Shown here one piece after another: positions 58,249 to 64,000 of a stretch of 64,000 nucleotides of DNA (positions are counted from its first letter, which is position 1; each line of letters begins with the position of its first letter). Under the pieces are notes generated by a model that saw only the letters and a list, made by a program, of their open reading frames with translations, ran no database searches and was not told where the DNA came from. The stretch lies in NCBI GenBank assembly GCA_963843295.1, contig CAWJJP010000005.1:230159-294158 (forward strand), given 5' to 3'. The position numbers and the translations under genes were made by a program. Source of the DNA: an uncultured Gammaproteobacteria bacterium (lineage in GTDB: Bacteria; Pseudomonadota; Gammaproteobacteria; Steroidobacterales; Steroidobacteraceae).

Positions 58249-58281
58249 CAAGGTCTCCTCGGGAGGAGCATACTATGTCGG

Positions 58282-58965
58282 GTGACAGCCGTAGTTCCCA
58301 AACCTGTGACGATCGCCGTCGATGGGACGATCGAGGTCTCCGGCTTGATGCAGCGTCCGGCGCGCGCCGATGCATGCTTGGTGCTCGCGCATGGCGCCGG
58401 AGCCGGCATGCGTCATCCATTCATGAGCGCGGTCGCCGATGATCTTGCAGCGCTCGGGATTGCGACGCTGCGCTATCAATTTCCTTATATGGAAAATGCG
58501 AGCCGGAGGCCCGACCCCCCGGCGCTCTGCCATGCCACTGTGCGCGCCGCCGTCGCTGCGGCCCGACGGTCGGAACCCACGCTTCCTCTCATAGCGGGCG
58601 GCAAATCCTTCGGCGGCCGAATGACGTCGCAGGCACAAGCCGCCGCTCCGCTTCAAGGAGTCTGCGGATTGGCTTTTCTGGGATTTCCGCTGCATCCCCC
58701 AAAGCAGCCGTCGGATGCCCGGGGTGAGCACTTGATGAAAGTGCATATCCCAATGCTTTTCCTGCAGGGCTCGCGGGACGCTTTCGCCGAGTTGCCGCTG
58801 CTCGAAGCACTCGCCGGGCGGTTGGGGACGCGCGCGCGTCTGGTCCTGCTTGCCGATGCGGACCACTCTTTTCATGTACCTGCGCGCAGCGGGAGAACCG
58901 ATCCCGAGGTGCGGGACGAAATGCTGCAGGTTCTCGCCGCGTGGACGGGATCGATCATCCGGTGA
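58282..58965 (+). CDS. Alpha/beta-fold hydrolase (COG3571-like predicted hydrolase)
   Basis: 'LVLAHGAGAGMRHPFM', 'LRYQFPYME', 'GGKSFGGRM', 'LQGSRDAF', 'ADHSF'. The start is ambiguous. GTG 58282 is in frame, but the well-spaced ATG at 58275 (6 nt after GAGGAG) is out of frame by 1. Confidence 0.68.
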   Translation: MTAVVPKPVTIAVDGTIEVSGLMQRPARADACLVLAHGAGAGMRHPFMSAVADDLAALGIATLRYQFPYMENASRRPDPPALCHATVRAAVAAARRSEPTLPLIAGGKSFGGRMTSQAQAAAPLQGVCGLAFLGFPLHPPKQPSDARGEHLMKVHIPMLFLQGSRDAFAELPLLEALAGRLGTRARLVLLADADHSFHVPARSGRTDPEVRDEMLQVLAAWTGSIIR

Positions 58966-58979
58966 GCGGGGAGCGACCG

Positions 58980-59465
58980 TTACGCAAAGCCCGTCCAGCG
59001 GCCGAGCGCGACGATCGTCGCCCACAATAGCAGCGAAAGACCGCCTGAGATCTTCGCCGGGAGCGAGGTCTGCGCGGAGGCGCCCCACTCGTCAACCGTC
59101 CGATAGGTGATCAAGTGGAAGACCAGCATGTTGATGCCCGCCACGCCCAATAACAGGATCTTGGCGCGGAACGTGGCGATACCGTAGTACTTCGTGGCTG
59201 CCGACGAAAACAGCAGCCCCCCGCAGACGGCCGCCACGACGAACGCCGTCCAGGTCCAGGGCAGTACTTCGCGGCTGATTTCCCTCACCGAATGGCCGCG
59301 ATAGGCGAGATTGAGCAATCTCAGATCGACCATGGCAATTGATCCCACGACCAATGTCAGCGCCAGCACATGCAGCGTTTCGATGCTGGGGAACAGCCAG
59401 CCAGACTCGCTGATTGTGATCGAGAAGGGCTGCGCCTCGAGCCATTGGCAGAAGCTCTGGATCAT
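58980..59465 (-). CDS. Hypothetical 4-TM inner-membrane protein, paralogue 2
   Basis: 161 aa. Shares 'P..ET.H.LA......AM.DLRL....LPW.W....AK..G..SLLLW..IV..GRW' with the upstream gene. The two genes are 3 nt apart. Confidence 0.6.
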   Translation of the reverse strand: MIQSFCQWLEAQPFSITISESGWLFPSIETLHVLALTLVVGSIAMVDLRLLNLAYRGHSVREISREVLPWTWTAFVVAAVCGGLLFSSAATKYYGIATFRAKILLLGVAGINMLVFHLITYRTVDEWGASAQTSLPAKISGGLSLLLWATIVALGRWTGFA

Positions 59466-59468
59466 GGG

Positions 59469-59954
59469 TCACGCCGCATACGCGATCCAACGTCCGGCGA
59501 CCACGATGCCTATCCAAAGCAGAAGCGATACCAGACCGGTGACCTTGGCGGCCGCTTCGTGCCTCGAACCCGTTTCCCAGTCGGTGAGGTCGCGTTTCAG
59601 CACGCGATTGAGGCCCCAGCTAATTGCAAGCACGGCGATCAACAGCGCCATCTTGGTCTGGAACACCCAATTGCCGAGCGCCCGGTCCGGTTCGCCGGTG
59701 ATCAGAATGAGGCCCGTGATCAGCAGCACGATCACGGAGCGCCACATCCAGGGCAGAAATCGGCCGGCTATCGCGCGGATGGTGTAACGCTTGGCGGTGA
59801 GGCCCATGAGCCGCAAATCGAGCATGGCCATGGTCGAGATGACCACTGAAATCGCGAGGATGTGGATCGTTTGCACGGCCGGAATGACCCATGCGACGTT
59901 CGCGACCGTTTTGCTCGCCGCAGTACCCAGGATCCAATGAATCAGCGCCTGCAT
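59469..59954 (-). CDS. Hypothetical 4-TM inner-membrane protein, paralogue 1
   Basis: 161 aa with the same conserved pattern as 58980..59465. Starts 10 nt after the TonB-dependent receptor stop. Confidence 0.6.
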   Translation of the reverse strand: MQALIHWILGTAASKTVANVAWVIPAVQTIHILAISVVISTMAMLDLRLMGLTAKRYTIRAIAGRFLPWMWRSVIVLLITGLILITGEPDRALGNWVFQTKMALLIAVLAISWGLNRVLKRDLTDWETGSRHEAAAKVTGLVSLLLWIGIVVAGRWIAYAA

Positions 59955-59964
59955 CTCACCGCCC

Positions 59965-62058
59965 TCAAAATCTCTTCGTTAGCGTCAAGCGCAGCGAAAA
60001 CGGTTCGAGCGGATGGATGTGCACATCCGCGACGCCGCCCGCCGCCTCCCCCGGGAGCCGATCGACATACCAGAATTCCATCGCATTGGCCTTGGTATTG
60101 AGCAGATTATAAGCCCCGATTGCGGCAGCCCAACCGCCGCCCAGCGCATAGCGAACGTCACCGTTCCATTCGTGGTAACCGGATCCTCGAACGGCATCAT
60201 CCGACGACAAGGGATACCCGCTCAAATAGCGCAGTTGCAGAGCGCCGCTCCACGGGCCGAGATTCATCATATAGGCCGTCAGCGAGCCCGTTGCAAACGG
60301 CGCGTTCGGCAGGAAATAACCGATATGTCCGGTGCCGTCCGCATACGGCGTGTCGAACCGGGCTCGATCCTGCGAAAAGCTGCCGTAGATCTCCAGCCAC
60401 CTCGAGGCTTGATACGTCGCATTGACCTCGTAACCGTAGCGGTGGCTCGCCGGTCCGGCCGTATCCATCCCCACATCCGGATTGTAGGTAATCTCCGACT
60501 GTGCATCGAGATTGAACACCGCGAAGGTCAGCGCGACCCGGCCGCCGTACATCTCCTGCCGCACGCCGATTTCCTCCCCGGTCTGAGCGGCGATCAGCGG
60601 TGCGCCGGGGATGCCCTTGATGTTCGCCGCGTTCACGCCGCGCAGGTCGTCGCTGTGAAAGCCGCGTCCCGCGCTCGCATACAATTCCATGGTCGCCGAC
60701 GGCGTGAAGATGAGGCTGCCTTTGGGCTCGAACAATGCCCTGCTGGCGGTGCCGTAGTTCGTGCCTTCATCGACGCCGCGTTGATAGTCCTCGCGTAACC
60801 CGAGCACCGTGCGGAACCGCGCGCTCCAATGAGTCGTCACCTGCGCGTACAGCGAATTGCTCCCGAGACGCACCCGATCGTATTCGCCCATGGCGGACTG
60901 CGCGGGTATCGACGCCCGGTTTTGCGTCAGCGAACGCGAGACGACCAGGAAATCATAGCGCTCATCCGAACCGACGAACCACTCGTTGCTGCGCCCGAAC
61001 CATTGCGCGCGGTGGCTGTAGCAGATCGATCCGCCCGCCGTGCTGCGGTTCTCGTGCTGCTCTTCTTGATCACCGAGGACGGGATTGACGAGGTAATGCG
61101 TGAAATCATTCCACAAGGTCAAGTAATTGCTGAATGCATAGGCGCCGACGGTCAACTGGCCGCCGCCCGCCTGCGCGTAGTACCGGCCGGTCAAGTTCGC
61201 GCGCTGCGCGATCCCGCCGTCGGATGGGTTGAGCGATCCGAAGCGGCCGATCAAGTCCCCGGCGATGGCCCTTTGCGGTTGATCGGTCGTGGCATTCCAA
61301 AGATCGTGGTAATAGGAGGCCGTCAGCGAGTAGCCATCGTGCGCGTCGCCCACCTGATCGCGCAGCAGCACATTGATCTTGCGTTGATCGTCCGGGTTGA
61401 CCCAGGGACCGTCGTAGTGCTGCAGCTCCAGCGCGCCGAGCACGTTGCTGTGGTTGACCGTTGCCGATCCCGCGGCGAACAGGCGTTGATAATTGAAATT
61501 GCCGGCCGTCGCCGATATCTCATCGGGGATGCGGTCCAGATATTCGATATGCACCGAGCCGACCGACGCAAAATCGCCTTCATTGGCGTAGTAAGTTCCC
61601 TTGGTATAGAAGATGTCGGTCGCCAGTTCGGGAATGAGGAAATTCAGATCCGTGTAACCCTGGCCATGCGCGTGCGTCGGCTCGTTGACCGGCATTCCGT
61701 CGACGAACGTCGCCAGGTCCGTGCCATGGTCCAGGTTATAGCCGCGCATGAGATATTGATTTGCTTTGCCCTCGCCGCTGTGTGAGGCGACGTCGAGCCC
61801 CGGAACCGTCTCGAGCAGCTGGCCGGGGCGATACGCCGGCGCGAGCGCCAATTCTTCGTTTACGACCACCCCTTCGCTCGCGCTCGTCGCGATGCCGATC
61901 AGCCGCAGTCTCTCGGCGGTCACGGTGATCTCCTGCAATTGGTCGGTCGGTGCATCGCCGCCGGCGTCCGGCTGTGCCGCGGCCGGCACCAGATCCGGGG
62001 CCGAGAGCAACGCGAGCGTACTAATGAGAGAGCTACCGACGGAGACGAATCGCCGCAT
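59965..62058 (-). CDS. TonB-dependent outer-membrane receptor
   Basis: Signal peptide, plug ('EITVTAERL', 'PGQLLETVPGLDVASHSGEGKANQYLMRGYNLDHGTDLATFVDGMPVNE'), beta-barrel and a terminal '...LTLTKRF'. Confidence 0.9.
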   Translation of the reverse strand: MRRFVSVGSSLISTLALLSAPDLVPAAAQPDAGGDAPTDQLQEITVTAERLRLIGIATSASEGVVVNEELALAPAYRPGQLLETVPGLDVASHSGEGKANQYLMRGYNLDHGTDLATFVDGMPVNEPTHAHGQGYTDLNFLIPELATDIFYTKGTYYANEGDFASVGSVHIEYLDRIPDEISATAGNFNYQRLFAAGSATVNHSNVLGALELQHYDGPWVNPDDQRKINVLLRDQVGDAHDGYSLTASYYHDLWNATTDQPQRAIAGDLIGRFGSLNPSDGGIAQRANLTGRYYAQAGGGQLTVGAYAFSNYLTLWNDFTHYLVNPVLGDQEEQHENRSTAGGSICYSHRAQWFGRSNEWFVGSDERYDFLVVSRSLTQNRASIPAQSAMGEYDRVRLGSNSLYAQVTTHWSARFRTVLGLREDYQRGVDEGTNYGTASRALFEPKGSLIFTPSATMELYASAGRGFHSDDLRGVNAANIKGIPGAPLIAAQTGEEIGVRQEMYGGRVALTFAVFNLDAQSEITYNPDVGMDTAGPASHRYGYEVNATYQASRWLEIYGSFSQDRARFDTPYADGTGHIGYFLPNAPFATGSLTAYMMNLGPWSGALQLRYLSGYPLSSDDAVRGSGYHEWNGDVRYALGGGWAAAIGAYNLLNTKANAMEFWYVDRLPGEAAGGVADVHIHPLEPFSLRLTLTKRF

Positions 62059-62102
62059 TCATCCAATATGCCGCATTTCATCGCTCAGGTGGCATGGAGA
62101 AG

Positions 62103-62123
62103 GGAGCCGGCATGACCGGCTCC
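62103..62123 (-). terminator. GC-rich stem-loop between the GMC dehydrogenase gene and the receptor gene
   Basis: GGAGCCGG-catga-CCGGCTCC (8-bp stem, extendable with one bulge). There is no U-tract, so a terminator or attenuator role is tentative. Confidence 0.35.
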
Positions 62124-62225
62124 TTCGCGGACGATTGCTGCCGCTATTTGAGATCGAGCACCTGCATCGCCGCGCGCGACATGGTAGCGCATGCGCGATG
62201 GCGTCAGTGCGCGTTGTTGGGGATT

Positions 62226-63878
62226 TCAGATTTCGTTCCGGCGCGCGAAGCCCGCGATGTGCTCCGCCGCCCGAAACGCCAGCGCCTGAATGGTCATGGT
62301 CGGTTGGCCGCGCCCGCTCGTCACGAAGCTGCTGCCGTCGCACAGGAACAGATTCGGGACATCGTGCGTTCGATGAAAGCGGTCGACCACCGAATGCTGC
62401 GGATCGTTTCCCATGCGACAGGTGCCGAGCAGGTGAACACCCATCGTCGATTCGGCGACTCCCACGCGCCAGATCTCGAGTGCGCCGGCAGCCGCGAGGA
62501 TCTCGGCGGCGCGGTCCTGCAGCCACACGGCGAATTTGAGATCGTCCGGGTGATCCTTGTAGGTACATCGCATTGCCGGCATGCCCCATGCATCCTTGAG
62601 CGCGGGATCGAGCGATACGCCGTTGGCCTCGACCGCCAGCGATGTGGTGTGTCCCTGGGCGAGCATGGTGCGCGGAAATGTCCGCAGGTGATCCTTGTAG
62701 GTCTTGCCCCACTGTCGCCCCGGCGGCCCGGTCAATGTCCAAAGTGCGGGATTCGGACCGATGCGCGCATCGATGCCTCCGCCTCCGTAAAATCCACGCT
62801 TTGGATCCGCATCGTAGAAGTCGTGAACGACCCGCGTTGCCTGCACGCTCTTGTACTCGTTGAGCTCATGCTCGAACACGCCGTAGGTCTCGGCTCCTTG
62901 ATTGAACATCAGGTACTTGCCGACCAGCCCGCTGCTATTGGCAACGCCGTCCGGAAATTGCGCGTTCGCAGACATCAGCAACAATCGCGGGGTCTCCCCT
63001 CCGTTCGCGCACACCACGACCGCCCGCGCCTTTTGAAAGCGCTCGCGGCGGTTGCGGTCGAAGTAGTGGACACCGGTGATGCGCCCGTTGCGGCCGGTCG
63101 CGAGCCGGAATGCGTAGCTTTCGCTGCGCACCTCGCATCGACCGGTCGCCTCGGCCTCCGGGATCATCGTGTACAGCGTCGAGGATTTCGCCCTGGCCTC
63201 GCATCCGAAGCCCATGCAAAAGCCGCAGTGGATGCAGGCCGCGCGGCCCCGGTAAGGCTGCGAGGCAATTGCCAGCGGCGCCGGAAACGGATGCAGGCCG
63301 AGACGCCGTGCACCGCGCTCGAGCAATACGCCGGAGGATTTCACCGGCATCGGCGGCATCGGGTAAGGCCGCGACCGCGCCGGCTCGTTCGGGTGCGTGC
63401 CGGCAAGTCCGGAGACGCCGATTTCCCACTCGACCTTCGAGTAGTACGGCTCGAGTTCGGCATAACTGATCGGCCAGTCTTCGAGCGCCGCTCCCGGGAA
63501 CGTTCCGAGCAGGCTGCGCTCGTGAAAATCAATTTCATGAAACCGCCAGAAGTTGGCGGTGAAATGCACGCTGCTGCCGCCCACCATGCGCGCATAGCTG
63601 AGCGGCAGCCACGCACCCGGATCCGCGGCGGTGGCTTCGTCGCACGGTGTCTTGCGGAAAGTCTGCGGACTCTGTGCCGGACCATTGGTGATCCCGTGAT
63701 CGACCCAGTACTTGAGCTCGTCGTGCTCGAAATCCTGTGCGGTGAAGCGCGGACCCTGCTCCAGGAGCACGACCCCGAGGCCGGCCTGGGCGAGTTCACG
63801 CGCCATGACGCCGCCCGCGGCACCGGATCCGATGACCACGAAATCCACCACCTCCGAGTCGGCGTAGCGGCGGGTCAT
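62226..63878 (-). CDS. GMC-family FAD flavoprotein dehydrogenase (gluconate 2-dehydrogenase large-subunit-like)
   Basis: 'DFVVIGSGAAGGVMARELAQAG..VVLLEQG' Rossmann motif and a GMC C-terminal block 'HLLGTCRMG'. ATG 63878 overlaps the upstream stop (ATGA). Confidence 0.9.
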   Translation of the reverse strand: MTRRYADSEVVDFVVIGSGAAGGVMARELAQAGLGVVLLEQGPRFTAQDFEHDELKYWVDHGITNGPAQSPQTFRKTPCDEATAADPGAWLPLSYARMVGGSSVHFTANFWRFHEIDFHERSLLGTFPGAALEDWPISYAELEPYYSKVEWEIGVSGLAGTHPNEPARSRPYPMPPMPVKSSGVLLERGARRLGLHPFPAPLAIASQPYRGRAACIHCGFCMGFGCEARAKSSTLYTMIPEAEATGRCEVRSESYAFRLATGRNGRITGVHYFDRNRRERFQKARAVVVCANGGETPRLLLMSANAQFPDGVANSSGLVGKYLMFNQGAETYGVFEHELNEYKSVQATRVVHDFYDADPKRGFYGGGGIDARIGPNPALWTLTGPPGRQWGKTYKDHLRTFPRTMLAQGHTTSLAVEANGVSLDPALKDAWGMPAMRCTYKDHPDDLKFAVWLQDRAAEILAAAGALEIWRVGVAESTMGVHLLGTCRMGNDPQHSVVDRFHRTHDVPNLFLCDGSSFVTSGRGQPTMTIQALAFRAAEHIAGFARRNEI

Positions 63879-64000
63879 GTCGTGTCCTTGGGGATCACGA
63901 ATCCGGCATAATCGCGGTCGTAGTAGCCGAACGGCGGCGAAAAGCCGTGCGTGTCCTCGAAGCCGATCAAGCGCCATCCGGCACCGCCTCGATTGCCCCC
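63875..64000 (-). CDS. C-terminal fragment of a gluconate 2-dehydrogenase subunit-3-like small subunit (5' end beyond the window)
   Basis: The frame reads '...GGAGWRLIGFEDTHGFSPPFGYYDRDYAGFVIPKDTT*' to the window edge and is translationally coupled to the GMC gene. Family call is from memory of the 'PPFGYYD' tail. Confidence 0.55.
   Translation of the reverse strand, partial: GGNRGGAGWRLIGFEDTHGFSPPFGYYDRDYAGFVIPKDTT

Noticed and set aside
56933-58420. Upstream two-thirds of the 822-aa ORF 55952..58420
   Set aside because: It overlaps the well-supported MFS gene in a different frame and is Arg-rich. Only the 326-aa YVTN propeller part from ATG 56932 is credible.
62094-63911. 605-aa plus-strand ORF
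   Set aside because: It is antisense to the GMC oxidoreductase gene, which has a Rossmann GxGxxG motif and GMC blocks.

Overview
This is a GC-rich proteobacterial chromosomal segment with about 50 genes. I saw no rRNA, tRNA, CRISPR array, transposase or integrase. All calls come from reading the translations and the DNA by eye, with no searches run.

Gene content, left to right:
- Tail of an MdtC-like RND pump with an OmpR-type regulator and histidine kinase.
- A GGDEF-EAL protein, a GH3 beta-glucosidase and a YddA-type ABC exporter.
- A BzdR-type regulator (XRE HTH fused to a shikimate-kinase-like domain).
- The prkA-yeaH-spoVR operon.
- An unusual minus-strand signalling cluster: a receiver-like Ser/Thr kinase, a receiver-like/helical-repeat/TonB-C protein, a membrane-anchored CheA-like kinase without a CheW domain, CheY and CheX. 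Its two upstream regions share a 17-nt motif.
- A lactate permease with a YdiJ-like FAD/Fe-S dehydrogenase, then an IorAB-type molybdoenzyme and a PDZ protein.
- A complete pqqABCDE operon. The 24-codon pqqA is absent from the ORF track.
- A NarX/NarL-type two-component pair.
- An adaptor / RND pump / periplasmic SRPBCC protein / TonB-dependent receptor operon, then a porin.
- adhC-gfa (formaldehyde detoxification) behind a sigma-54 promoter, followed by an AcoR-like sigma-54 activator.
- A lanthanide-type xoxF / xoxJ / ankyrin / xoxG operon, also behind a sigma-54 promoter. It carries roughly 20 frameshifting indels while every neighbouring gene is intact.
- A YVTN beta-propeller protein, an MFS transporter and an alpha/beta hydrolase.
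- A TonB-dependent receptor with two paralogous 4-TM proteins, then a GMC flavoprotein dehydrogenase.

The best candidates for something undescribed are the CheA-like/TonB-C/Ser-Thr-kinase cluster (about 17.0-23.8 kb) and the export-plus-import operon at 37.8-44.9 kb. The oddest sequence-level signal is the localised frameshift storm at 51.2-55.5 kb.
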